From NCBI GenBank assembly GCA_045106895.1, contig JBGCFM010000039.1:96001-160000 (forward strand): a stretch of 64,000 nucleotides of DNA, given 5' to 3'. Below are positions 45,990-55,422 of the stretch, one piece after another; the stretch's first letter is position 1; each line of letters starts with the position of its first letter. A program made the translations under genes and the position numbers. The notes beneath the pieces were generated by a model. That model was not told where the DNA came from. It made no database searches and saw nothing but the letters and a program-made list of their open reading frames with translations. This DNA comes from Polyangiales bacterium (GTDB lineage Bacteria > Myxococcota_A > Polyangia > Polyangiales > Houyiibacteriaceae).

Positions 45990-47167
45990 CGCCGGAACAT
46001 GCGCCTGGCTGCTCGGACCACATCAGCAAGCCGGGACACATCAGCTTTGGTGTTGTAGACACCGAAGGAAGCGCGAACAACGCTCGCATGCCCGAGGGCG
46101 CGCAGGAGTGGTTCAGCACAATGATGACCCACCCGCAGCGCGACACCGGCGTCGTCGGCGAAGGTGCCAAAGTCGTGCGGGTGAATCCCATCGAGGGCAA
46201 ACGAGCAGACCCCGGCGCGCGTCTTTGGATCACCGACGAGGGTTAGTCCTTCGATGGCGCGCAGAGCCTCTGCGGCGGCGCTCGCAAGGTCGCCGACGCT
46301 ACGATGGCAAGCCGCGAAGCGCAGGCCCGCGGCTGTGCCCACAGCACCCGCGACGTTTGGAGTTCCCGCCTCGAATCGTTCTGGGCCCGTCGCAAACGCG
46401 GCCGCCTTTTCGCTGACGTGCGTCACCATGCCCCCGCCGACCAGGAGCGGAGCGCATTCTTCCTGGCGCCGCGCGGGCATCCATAAGACCCCGGCGCCGG
46501 GTGGCCCATACGCTTTGTGGGCCGAGAAAGCGTAAGCGTCGCAGGCGATGCGTTTTAGGTCCACGTCGAGGTGAGGCACCGCTTGAGCGCCATCGACGAC
46601 AAACAAAGCCTCCGGAGAAACCTCATCGAGAAGAGCGCGGAGTGCCCTCAAAGGCGACACGGCGCCGGTGACGTTCGACACATGCGTAACAGCCAGTACG
46701 CGCACATGCTTCGTGAGCTTTCGGCGGACATCGTCGACGTCGAGTTCGCCCTCGGGTGTGCATTGAAGGCCAATTAATCGAGCGCCCGTCGCTTCGCTCA
46801 CTCGGCGCCACGGAAGAAGCAAACTATGGTGCGCCGACGGTCCCACAAGAACCTCGTCGCCGGGGCGAAGATTTCGCCGCCCCCAGCCCGCGGCCACCAG
46901 GTTGAGCGCTTCGGTGGCGGAGCGCGTCCAAATCACCTCGGCGGGCTCGGCCTTGAGGTGCGCGGAAACCTCACGGCGCGCCCGGGCGTAGGCGTCTGAG
47001 GCTCGCTGGCCAAGCGTGTGAACACTGCGTCCGGCGCCGCCCCCGAGGGTGAGTTCTTCGGCGAGGGCGCTCACGACCGTCGTGGGCACGAGGCTCGTCG
47101 TCGCCGCGTCGAGGTACGTTCGACCCGCCAGCGAGGGAAAGAGTGACGGGAAGTCAGTTCGCGGCAC
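45986..47167 (-). CDS. sufS: Class II (SufS/CsdA-type) cysteine desulfurase
   Basis: YLDAATTS, SATEALN, HHSLLLPW, HVSNVTG, DGAQ, SAHKAYGP (PLP Lys), FEAGTPN, RVGHHCAEP (catalytic Cys); ATGA overlap with the fusion gene. Confidence 0.92.
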   Translation of the reverse strand: MPRTDFPSLFPSLAGRTYLDAATTSLVPTTVVSALAEELTLGGGAGRSVHTLGQRASDAYARARREVSAHLKAEPAEVIWTRSATEALNLVAAGWGRRNLRPGDEVLVGPSAHHSLLLPWRRVSEATGARLIGLQCTPEGELDVDDVRRKLTKHVRVLAVTHVSNVTGAVSPLRALRALLDEVSPEALFVVDGAQAVPHLDVDLKRIACDAYAFSAHKAYGPPGAGVLWMPARRQEECAPLLVGGGMVTHVSEKAAAFATGPERFEAGTPNVAGAVGTAAGLRFAACHRSVGDLASAAAEALRAIEGLTLVGDPKTRAGVCSFALDGIHPHDFGTFADDAGVALRVGHHCAEPLLRALGHASVVRASFGVYNTKADVSRLADVVRAARRMFRR

Positions 47168-48170
47168 GCCGCGCCGCCTCTGGCGTTCCGCCGGTCCAGC
47201 TTTGAAACGCGCGATAGAACGAGTTTGGCTCTTCGAAACCCAGCAAGAGTGACACCTCGGCGACGGGGATATTCGTGGCGCGGAGATAGTGCGTCGCCAA
47301 GGTAACGCGGGTCTCGCGCAGCACTTCGCGAAACGACGTACCTTCCTCCCTCAACCAGCGCTGCAGCGTGCGCTTGCTCGTCCCGAGGTCCTGGGCGACG
47401 TCGTCAATACTGGTGCGGCCGCTTGGCAGCCCGCGATTCAACGCCGTTCGAACACGTTCCGCCGACGATGCATGCGGCTTCAGCTCACTCAAGTCACGCC
47501 GCAGCGCGGGCTCGAAGACGTCCCACATCGCAGCGTTCGCCGTGAGGAAGGGCCGACGTGCGTCTTCGAGGGAAAACTCTACTTCATCCCAAGCGCCAGT
47601 CTCTGGACAAACGCCGAAGAACGCTTCGAACTCAGCGGCGGGTTCGAGCCGGCGACGCGAACGCACCCGAACCGGCGCCAAGCGCGTTCGTGTTCCAATT
47701 CGCGCGAGACGCACCAAAAAGAGGAGTTCGAGAGCGACAAAGGTGGGGGAGATGTGCGCCTCCCGGTCCGGCCAGACGAAACGGGCCCGGACGCACTTGG
47801 TGTCTGCCTCGACGTCGAGGCTAAGCGGGCCGACGAGTGCCTTGAACAGGCTCAGACGGCACAGGGCTGTGTGAAGGTTTGGACTGCAGAGCGCAGCGAA
47901 GAATGTGGGATTGAAGTACTCGGCGCTAATGAACTCGACGATTCGAATCGGCAGCGCCGGGTCGTCGACTTCTTCGGCGAGAGCATCCCAAAACTGGTTG
48001 TAGTCCGCGGGAGCGACAGCTCGTTGTGGGTGCGAAAACGAGTCGAGGGGAAGTCCCGCGCGCCGAAGCACATTTGCCTTATTCGCCCCCAGCGCCTGGA
48101 GGAGCACTTCCGAGGCGGGTTCGAACTTGTAGCTAGAGGTCTTCATGATGAGTACATGTTCTTCGCTCAT
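47154..48170 (-). CDS. AraC-family transcriptional regulator
   Basis: N-terminal ligand domain (FAALCSPNL) and C-terminal HTH VAQDLGTSKRTLQR...LLGFEEPNSFYRAFQSWTG; start 48170 or 48146; overlaps the sufS start. Confidence 0.92.
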   Translation of the reverse strand: MSEEHVLIMKTSSYKFEPASEVLLQALGANKANVLRRAGLPLDSFSHPQRAVAPADYNQFWDALAEEVDDPALPIRIVEFISAEYFNPTFFAALCSPNLHTALCRLSLFKALVGPLSLDVEADTKCVRARFVWPDREAHISPTFVALELLFLVRLARIGTRTRLAPVRVRSRRRLEPAAEFEAFFGVCPETGAWDEVEFSLEDARRPFLTANAAMWDVFEPALRRDLSELKPHASSAERVRTALNRGLPSGRTSIDDVAQDLGTSKRTLQRWLREEGTSFREVLRETRVTLATHYLRATNIPVAEVSLLLGFEEPNSFYRAFQSWTGGTPEAARRAAN

Positions 48171-48187
48171 CGCGAGGCTAACACAAC

Positions 48188-48222
48188 AGCGAAGCACGCC
48201 AATCCGCTAGCGAAGCGCGCCG
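48188..48222. promoter_or_regulatory. Putative AraC-family operator (direct repeat, 21-bp period)
   Basis: AGCGAAGCACGCCA at 48188 and AGCGAAGCGCGCCG at 48209, between the divergent araC and oxidoreductase operons. Confidence 0.65.
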
Positions 48223-48277
48223 TCATCGTGCTCGCCCTTGCCTCTGATGCGGCCGCGCGCGAGGGTCTTGTCGCGCC

Positions 48278-49021
48278 ATGACCCCGTCCATCCGAGCCAC
48301 GACCTATGCCTTCTTCGCCTCGTCTTTCGGGCTCTTCGCCTGCGGCGACGAAGCGCCCCTCACCCCACCCGAGCTGCCCGAAGCCGCCGCGGCGAACGCC
48401 GTCGAGCCGTCGCTTCGCCCCGCCCTGCCGGAGGGCGAAGACCCAGACTTTCACGCGATGATGGACGTGCTGGTTTCCCCGCGATGCATAAACTGTCACC
48501 CGAACGACGGCGTGCCTAAGCAGAGGGACGAAGCGCGCCCCCATCTCTTTGGCGTGCAGCGCGGAGAGGCAAACGTTGGCGTCCCCGCTCTGCACTGCGT
48601 CACCTGCCACCAGGATGAAAACAACGACGACTCCGGCGTCCCGGGCGCCCCGGAGTGGTCGCTAGCGCCCCACGCCATGGCTTGGGAAGGCCTCGACCGT
48701 TACGCCATCGCGCGTTCGATGCTCAGCCGCGCGAACAACGGCAACCGAGGTCTCGAGGAAGTACGCCACCACCTCACGGAGCACGCCCTCGTTCTTTGGG
48801 CGTGGACGCCCGGCGTCGACGCGGAAGGAGAGGCCCGCCTTCCTCCACCGGTGCCCCTCGACGAGTACCGGCGGGCCGTGAACCGGTGGTTTGCGGCGGG
48901 CGCACAGATTCCAGGTGATCCACCACGTCCGCCGGAACAACCGGAAGAAGAAGCTCCCGCCGAATCCGAAGAATCCGTCTCCCCGAACATCCACGAGACC
49001 GAAAGTGACTACGCCCCATGA
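48278..49021 (+). CDS. Di-haem cytochrome c lipoprotein, accessory subunit of an IorAB-type oxidoreductase
   Basis: Lipobox [12 protein letters not shown] and [29 protein letters not shown] overlap with iorA. Confidence 0.85.
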   Translation: MTPSIRATTYAFFASSFGLFACGDEAPLTPPELPEAAAANAVEPSLRPALPEGEDPDFHAMMDVLVSPRCINCHPNDGVPKQRDEARPHLFGVQRGEANVGVPALHCVTCHQDENNDDSGVPGAPEWSLAPHAMAWEGLDRYAIARSMLSRANNGNRGLEEVRHHLTEHALVLWAWTPGVDAEGEARLPPPVPLDEYRRAVNRWFAAGAQIPGDPPRPPEQPEEEAPAESEESVSPNIHETESDYAP

Positions 49022-49482
49022 GAATCTCACTGACCCTCAACGGACAACCCCGTTCCATCGAAACCGACGGCGAACAGCCGCTCCTTTGGGTTCTACGCGA
49101 CGAGCTTGAACTCAAAGGAACCAAGTTCGGCTGTGGCAAAGCCGCGTGCGGCGCATGCACGATTCACATGGATGGCAACGCCGTGCGCTCTTGCTCCGTC
49201 GCGGCGAAGCACGCTGAGGGCAAAGAGCTCGTCACCATCGAGGGCCTCGGAACGCGCGAGGCACCACACCCGACGCAGCAAGCGTGGCTTGAAGAGATCG
49301 TCCCCCAGTGCGGCTACTGCCAGCCCGGCTTCATCATGGCCGCGGCGGCGCTCATCGAGAGCAATCCAAACCCGACGGACGAGGACATCGACGCGAGCAT
49401 CGCCAACATCTGTCGATGCGGAACTCATGTTCGGATCCGTCGCGCCATCAAGCGCGCCGCGGCGATTAAGCGAGGCGAGTAA
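49018..49482 (+). CDS. iorA: 2x[2Fe-2S] small subunit, isoquinoline 1-oxidoreductase alpha-like
   Basis: [40 protein letters not shown]. Confidence 0.93.
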   Translation: MRISLTLNGQPRSIETDGEQPLLWVLRDELELKGTKFGCGKAACGACTIHMDGNAVRSCSVAAKHAEGKELVTIEGLGTREAPHPTQQAWLEEIVPQCGYCQPGFIMAAAALIESNPNPTDEDIDASIANICRCGTHVRIRRAIKRAAAIKRGE

Positions 49483-51746
49483 TGTCCGACGACAGCAACA
49501 CAATGGACGACGCCGACGGGGATACGAGTGCGAAGAAAAGCAACGCGAAGAAGAAGCTCTCGCGCCGCCAGTTCATCGTGCGTGGCCTCGCGGGCGGAAC
49601 CGGCGTCTTGATGGGCGTCGGCTACTTGGGACGCAACTCCATTCGGCGCGCCGTCTTTTCCGCCGAGATGCCGCCGTCTTTTAGCGGCGACACGGAGGAC
49701 CCGCTGATGTGGTTTGAGGTCGAAGCGGACAACCGCGTGCGTCTCTACAGCCCCAAAGTGGAAATGGGTCAGGGAACGTTCACGGGGATGGCGCAGATCG
49801 CCGCCGATGAGCTGGAGGTCGACGTGACGCGCATCGACGTTCTGCACGCGTCGTCAGACCGCGGCAATCTCGACTTCATGTCCACCGGCGGCAGCCTCTC
49901 CATCGCCGGCCTCTGGCTGCCCCTTCGGGAGCTCGCTGCAACCATGCGTGAGATGCTCCGCATCGAAGCTGCGCGGCAGATGGGCGTAGAGGCGAGCACG
50001 CTGAGCATTGACGATGGCACCTTCAGCTCGCGTTCCGAAACGAAGACCTACGGCGAGGTCGCCGCGAGCATGGATGTCTGGAACGTGCCGGACACGCCGC
50101 CGCTCAAAGATGTCTCGGACTACCGTTTCGTGGGTCAGCCGATCAAACGTGTCGACCTGGAAGCCAAGGTCTTCGGTGACCCCATCTTCGGCATGGACGC
50201 GATGGCGGAAGACATGGTGTATGGCTCCGTCCTTCGTCCGAGCATGGTCGGCGCCACACTTGCGAGCGTCGACACGGACGCCGCAGCGGCCATGCCCGGC
50301 GTGATCCAGGTGGTCGTGGAAAACGATTTCGTCGGCGTCGTCGCAGAAACCCGCATGCTGGCGGAGCGCGCGAAGGAAGCGGTCGTCGCGGAGTGGGTCG
50401 CGGAGCACGTTTGGGAAACGGCCCACGTGGACGAGCTCGTGCAGGTAGGCCGCGGGACCGACACGGAGATCCAACTCGAAGGCGACGCAGCATCGATTCT
50501 GGATGACGCCGAGGCGGACGGTGCAGACGGTTTCTTTCGCGCCGAATACCGCAGCCCTATCGGTGCTCACGCTCAGATGGAACCAAATGGCGCCGTCGCC
50601 GATGTTCGCGAGGACCACGCGACGATCACGCTCTCCACCCAGGTGGTGAAAGTGACGCGGGATGAGATCGCGGAGCGACTCGGCTTTGAACCCGAGCGCG
50701 TCAAGGTGGTACCGACGTACTTGGGGGGCGGCTTTGGCCGACGTCTGCACACGCCCAACGCGATTCAAGCCGCCGTTCTTTCGCGCGCCGTGGGACGCCC
50801 AGTGAAGTGCTTCTTCACGCGCAAGGAAGAGTTCCAGAGCGACACGTTCCGGCCTCCAACGCACCACGTGATGCGCGCCAAGGTCAGCGCCGAAGGCCGA
50901 ATCGAGGCCATCGAGCACCAAGTGGCGAGCGGCGACGTCATGTTTGGCTCACCGATGTTTCCGCCCATCGCCGCAACGATGCTTCGCGCCGATGCTGGCG
51001 CCCTCGTGGGCGGCCTGATCCACTACCACACGGTGCCAAATATCCGCGCCGTCACGTGGGGCGCAAAGCTCCCCTTTCGAACGAGCTTCTGGCGCGCCCT
51101 GGGGCTCCTCGCGAATACCTTCGCCATCGAGAGCTTCCTGGACGAAATCGCAACGGCAACGGAGCAAGACCCGGTTCAAATGCGTCTCGACATGATCCCG
51201 AACGACGAGCCTGGCGAACGCCTACGCGGCGTCATCGAAGCCGCCGTGGAGCGCCATGGCGGCTACCGCGACAGCGCCGAGAACGGACGCGCCATGGGCT
51301 TCGCTTGCTCCTCCGACGGTAGCAACCCCGCGGCGCACATTGTCGAAGTCGCACGCGTCGGGGGACGTGTTCGAGTGGAGAAAGTCACCTGCGCCTTCGA
51401 CCCAGGATTCGCCGTCAACCCCGACCAGGTCAAGGCTCAGTGCGAGGGCTCCGTGATGATGGGTCTTAGCGCGGCCATGTACGAGCGAATGGAGCTCATC
51501 GGCGGCGAGCTCAAACCCACCATCTACGGTCCGTACCGGATGGCACTGATGCGCGACGCACCCCGAGAAATCGACGTCGTTCTCGTCCAAGGGTCCGACG
51601 AACCTGGGCGCGTCGGTGAACCACCCATGGGCCCCATCGGCGCCGCCATCGCGAACGCGATGTTCCGCCTGAGCGGAGAGCGTATCCGCGAGATCCCCCT
51701 CGCCGCCGCCGAAGGCCTCGGTTCTGCGCGGGACCTCCAGGGGTAG
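49482..51746 (+). CDS. iorB: Molybdopterin-binding large subunit, isoquinoline 1-oxidoreductase beta-like, with Tat signal
   Basis: Tat LSRRQFI; KVEMGQG, TGGSLSI, HAQMEP, YLGGGFGRR, FWRALG, NTFAIESFLDE, VNPDQVKAQCEG, GRVGEPP. Substrate not determinable. Confidence 0.92.
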   Translation: MSDDSNTMDDADGDTSAKKSNAKKKLSRRQFIVRGLAGGTGVLMGVGYLGRNSIRRAVFSAEMPPSFSGDTEDPLMWFEVEADNRVRLYSPKVEMGQGTFTGMAQIAADELEVDVTRIDVLHASSDRGNLDFMSTGGSLSIAGLWLPLRELAATMREMLRIEAARQMGVEASTLSIDDGTFSSRSETKTYGEVAASMDVWNVPDTPPLKDVSDYRFVGQPIKRVDLEAKVFGDPIFGMDAMAEDMVYGSVLRPSMVGATLASVDTDAAAAMPGVIQVVVENDFVGVVAETRMLAERAKEAVVAEWVAEHVWETAHVDELVQVGRGTDTEIQLEGDAASILDDAEADGADGFFRAEYRSPIGAHAQMEPNGAVADVREDHATITLSTQVVKVTRDEIAERLGFEPERVKVVPTYLGGGFGRRLHTPNAIQAAVLSRAVGRPVKCFFTRKEEFQSDTFRPPTHHVMRAKVSAEGRIEAIEHQVASGDVMFGSPMFPPIAATMLRADAGALVGGLIHYHTVPNIRAVTWGAKLPFRTSFWRALGLLANTFAIESFLDEIATATEQDPVQMRLDMIPNDEPGERLRGVIEAAVERHGGYRDSAENGRAMGFACSSDGSNPAAHIVEVARVGGRVRVEKVTCAFDPGFAVNPDQVKAQCEGSVMMGLSAAMYERMELIGGELKPTIYGPYRMALMRDAPREIDVVLVQGSDEPGRVGEPPMGPIGAAIANAMFRLSGERIREIPLAAAEGLGSARDLQG

Positions 51747-51769
51747 CTCGTCTCGAAGCGCGACGAAGA

Positions 51770-51794
51770 AAAGCGCGCCGATTGGGCGCGCTTT
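51770..51794. terminator. Hairpin between convergent genes, possible bidirectional terminator
   Basis: aaagcgcgcc-gattg-ggcgcgcttt, perfect 10-bp stem with A/T ends. Confidence 0.65.
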
Positions 51795-51817
51795 CGCTTC
51801 AACATCGAAGTCTGAGC

Positions 51818-52732
51818 CTATTCGCCGAAGCGGAAAGTGACACCGGCGTCCATGGTGCCTTGGCGAAGGTTCGAGCCTGTTGCGCCGGCACGTGCGCCGG
51901 AAAGGAACGCGCTGCCGCGGTAGCCGGCGGCAACGTAGGCGCCGATCATGCGGTGGAACCAGAGCGTCGCGCCGACCTTGACGGCGACGGCGAGACCGAA
52001 TGCGCCGTACTCGCCGTTGCTGCCGAAGGCGATGCCGACGTGGCCGCTGAGGAAGGGGTCGATGGCGATGCTGCCGACGTCGAAGGCGTAGTGAACGCCG
52101 ATGCCGAGGTCGAAACCGAAGACGCCGAATCGGTCCACGCCGCCACCGAGGTCCAAGGAGGTGTATCGGAGTGTCCCGGAGGAGTAGAACACGGGACCGA
52201 AGTTTCGCTGGATGTCGAGTTCAACTCCATAGGAAGGAGTGAGGCCTTCCGTAAACTCTGCTTCGACGCCGGTGACGTCACTCGTGTATGACTGTCGCCC
52301 GCCGAAACCGAGGAGGAACCCGAGCTTCAAACGGAGGCGACCGGCATGCGCGAGGCTCGGCCCCGGCGCGACGTAGCCCTGTGGGTTCTGCTGCGGCGCG
52401 TACTCGCCGCGGGCGTCGTGCACGGGTACCGGAGCGTACTGAGGCTGTTGGGCGGGCTGCGCCTGCACAGGCTGCGCTTGGACGGGCTGCTGCACGGGCG
52501 CGGGCTGCACAACCGCCGTCCCGTTCGCGCCGTCCGCTTGGACTTCGACGCTGACCTGCGCGTCGACGGCGGGCATACCCGCCACGGGGACGGCTTCGGC
52601 GCAGGTGCCGTCGCTCATACAGGTCGCGCCCGCTGAACACGCGGGCTGACAGATCTGAGCGCTCGCGGATTGAGAGCTCAAGGACGCCGCGACACAGAGA
52701 GCAAAGACGGCGGGGAGTGATAGTGATTTCAT
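51818..52732 (-). CDS. Outer-membrane beta-barrel-like protein with a Cys N-cap and P/Q-rich linker
   Basis: Signal from ATG 52732; CQPACSAGATC; QPVQA repeats; alternating beta-strands ending AGVTFRF. Confidence 0.75.
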   Translation of the reverse strand: MKSLSLPAVFALCVAASLSSQSASAQICQPACSAGATCMSDGTCAEAVPVAGMPAVDAQVSVEVQADGANGTAVVQPAPVQQPVQAQPVQAQPAQQPQYAPVPVHDARGEYAPQQNPQGYVAPGPSLAHAGRLRLKLGFLLGFGGRQSYTSDVTGVEAEFTEGLTPSYGVELDIQRNFGPVFYSSGTLRYTSLDLGGGVDRFGVFGFDLGIGVHYAFDVGSIAIDPFLSGHVGIAFGSNGEYGAFGLAVAVKVGATLWFHRMIGAYVAAGYRGSAFLSGARAGATGSNLRQGTMDAGVTFRFGE

Positions 52733-52952
52733 GGTGTCGGCACTAAGCAGAAAGCGGGCCAGGTCGGCAAAACGAGGTTTGAACCCCAAATATCCGGCTT
52801 TTTGTAGAAATATGGGCGATGCCGCGACAATCCGTGGGGCGTAAACGAATGCACCCAGGTGTAATCCAATGGTCCCTACGCGACCCGCTTTCGTGTTCCA
52901 GCAGCGGCTCCGGCACCGGGCGCCCGCCTGCGAAGGCTGATAGGGTATTCGC

Positions 52953-54197
52953 GTGATTCGCGCCGGAAGCTGCCTAGTGCTCTTTGCTCTCTTTTTTGGA
53001 TGCGAGGACGACGTCCAGGATCCCGCCGATGTCTCGACGGCTGACGTCGCGACGGACGTCGGCGAAGACGCCCCGGTTGAGGACGCCCCCGTCGATGCCG
53101 TCGACGTTGTCCCCGCGAACGAAATTCGTGGCCGGGTCCGCTACGAGGACTTGGAGTTTGAGGCGAACGGCTTCACCGGCGAGAGCACCTGGCGTCCGGC
53201 ACGCGCCGTCGAGGTGAGCCTCCGAGTCGGTGGCCGTGAACGCGTCGTGACGCAGACCGACGACGAAGGCCGCTTCGTCCTCGTTCATGAAGAGCCCATC
53301 AACACGGACGCCGTGGTTCGCGTCACGGCGCGCGTTCGCGAAGGCGCTCAAGTTGTTCAGACGCAGACACATTCCGAGGAGGTCTACTTCCTCGAAGCTG
53401 CTGCGCTCACCGGCGACGCGACGCCGGTCAACATCGATGCGGCGGCGAGCGAGCTCGGCGGCGCCTTCAACATCACCGACGTCACCCTCGACGCGCTTCG
53501 TATCATCGCGCCGCATATCGGCGAAGCCGCCCCTCGCCTTGGCTTCGGCTGGGAGAAGGGCGAGCCTTGGCCGTGCGGGTCTTGCTACGGCGACGACGTG
53601 GTGAAGCTCGGCGGGCAGGTAGAAGACACCGACGAGTACGACGACGACATCATCCTCCATGAGTACGGGCACTACTTCGTCGAGTACTACAGCCGGGACT
53701 CTTCCCCTGGCGGCTCCCACCGCGACCGGCAGGTCTCGCCGGTGCTCGCGTATGGCGAAGGAATCGCCTACTTCTTCACGCTCATGGTCACCGGGCGCGA
53801 CATCATCGTCGACAACTACATCGACGGAACCCGCACCATCGACTTCAACCGCTACATTCAAAACGGAGGCGACCGGCCTGGTTTCGTAGGCACCGAAGAC
53901 GGCACACTCGAAGGCAACCTTCGCGAAGAGATCATCGGCGGCATCATGCTCGACGCGATGGACCCCGCGGATGCCTCCGAGCCCTTCGATACGGTGGCCT
54001 TGGGCACCAGCGGGATGCTTGCGCTCTTCATCGATCACTTCGGACAAACGCGCACGCCAAGCCAAGGCGCTCCCGGCGTCGACCTCTCGGACTTCCTCTG
54101 GGCACTCCAGTGCGTCGCCGAGGTGCCGCGGGAGGCCGTCCAGGCTCTGGCGGACGACCGGCGCTTTCCTTGGAGGGCTCCGGCGCGCTGCGAATAG
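52953..54197 (+). CDS. Zinc metallopeptidase-like lipoprotein (gluzincin type)
   Basis: Lipobox FFGC; DDDIILHEYGHY and downstream AYGEGIA. Confidence 0.8.
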   Translation: MIRAGSCLVLFALFFGCEDDVQDPADVSTADVATDVGEDAPVEDAPVDAVDVVPANEIRGRVRYEDLEFEANGFTGESTWRPARAVEVSLRVGGRERVVTQTDDEGRFVLVHEEPINTDAVVRVTARVREGAQVVQTQTHSEEVYFLEAAALTGDATPVNIDAAASELGGAFNITDVTLDALRIIAPHIGEAAPRLGFGWEKGEPWPCGSCYGDDVVKLGGQVEDTDEYDDDIILHEYGHYFVEYYSRDSSPGGSHRDRQVSPVLAYGEGIAYFFTLMVTGRDIIVDNYIDGTRTIDFNRYIQNGGDRPGFVGTEDGTLEGNLREEIIGGIMLDAMDPADASEPFDTVALGTSGMLALFIDHFGQTRTPSQGAPGVDLSDFLWALQCVAEVPREAVQALADDRRFPWRAPARCE

Positions 54198-54270
54198 CCA
54201 GCGCGAAGGGAAACGCACAAAAAGTGAGGACGCCCACGAAGAAAACGCCGCACGAAGCGTAGCTTGATGC

Positions 54271-55347
54271 ATGGCATCGAGGCGGCTCCGCAAGACACTC
54301 CCGAAAGACCTCCCGGCTCTCATGGAGGCGGCGGCCACCAGCGGTGACTACTCCGCCGTGCACAAGGCTCTCGAGGCGTGCCAAATCGACGCCCGCGGCG
54401 GCTCCGGCAAAGGGACGCCGCTCATGATGCGACCGTGCACGCCGGAGCTCGCGCGCTGGGTCGTCGCCCGCGGCACCGACGTCAACGCGACGGACACCTA
54501 CGGAAAGACGGCGCTCCACGCGAGCGCCCGGGCGCGCTTCCACCATAAGCTCCCGGTCACCGAGCTCCTCGAGATGGGCGCGGATGTCCACGCCAAGTCC
54601 AGCAGCGGCCTCACGCCACTTCATTGCGCCGCCGATGGTGCGCACACGGAAGCCGTGCAGCTCCTGTTGAAGGCCGGCGCGGAAGTCGATGGCGCATGCA
54701 ATCGAGGGCTCTCTCCTCTCGAGTATGCGCTTCAACGCATGTCCAACGTCGGCGTCATTGCCTTCGTCGCCGCCGCGAAGGCGCTCTTGGACGCCGGAGC
54801 CTCCGTCACGCCACGTGCGAGAGACTTCGTGAGGCGCGCCTCGGAGCGCTTCGAGTTTCACCGCGACGCGTTCAACAAAGACATGCTTCCGGAGGCGTCG
54901 GCGGCGATGGAGGCGCTCTGCGCGCTCTTCGAAGTCGCGCCCGCCACGGCGCGCCAGATGCACGACGGAACCTCGCCCATCACCGCCCCTGAAGGCACTT
55001 GGCAAAAGCAGCACGCGGAGCTTTGGGAGCTCTTGGTCCCGTCCAAGGGCGCCTGTGCGACGGTCCAGGGGGAAGTCGTCCGAATCGCCGGGAGGATCCG
55101 CGACGAGCTCTTTCGCAACGGAGGCATGAACTGGGACGCCCAATACACCGCGATGGCCGAAGCTTTTTACGCGCACATGGCGTCTCACGAAGCGCTGAAC
55201 GCAGCCTCCCTCGCGGAGTGCGAAAGGCACGTCAAAGCCGTGCGGCGAAATCCGGACAGCGCCGACCGCCTCGCTCAGTGGGCCGTCGCCTGGGTGCGCC
55301 GTAACCCGACGCCCATCGCGCTAGCCGCGCCGGCCTATGAGCGCTGA
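54271..55347 (+). CDS. Ankyrin-repeat protein with a distinct C-terminal domain
   Basis: GTDVNATDTYGKTALH, GADVHAKSSSGLTPLH, GLSPLEYA; C-terminal LWELLVP...TVQGEVVRI...NGGMNWD. Confidence 0.88.
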   Translation: MASRRLRKTLPKDLPALMEAAATSGDYSAVHKALEACQIDARGGSGKGTPLMMRPCTPELARWVVARGTDVNATDTYGKTALHASARARFHHKLPVTELLEMGADVHAKSSSGLTPLHCAADGAHTEAVQLLLKAGAEVDGACNRGLSPLEYALQRMSNVGVIAFVAAAKALLDAGASVTPRARDFVRRASERFEFHRDAFNKDMLPEASAAMEALCALFEVAPATARQMHDGTSPITAPEGTWQKQHAELWELLVPSKGACATVQGEVVRIAGRIRDELFRNGGMNWDAQYTAMAEAFYAHMASHEALNAASLAECERHVKAVRRNPDSADRLAQWAVAWVRRNPTPIALAAPAYER

Positions 55348-55422
55348 GGACCACTAGACTGACGGTTCTCATTCACACGTAGGGGAAGTTGCGCTGCCGC
55401 GCGTGAATCTCTACCCTTAGCC

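Noticed and set aside
45600..47167. Housekeeping suf Fe-S assembly operon
   Set aside because: No sufB, sufC or sufD in the window, and the SufU domain is fused to XdhC-MocA.
48278..51746. Xanthine dehydrogenase or CO dehydrogenase
   Set aside because: No FAD subunit, IorB-type domain order with a Tat signal, and no CoxL AYxCSFR loop.
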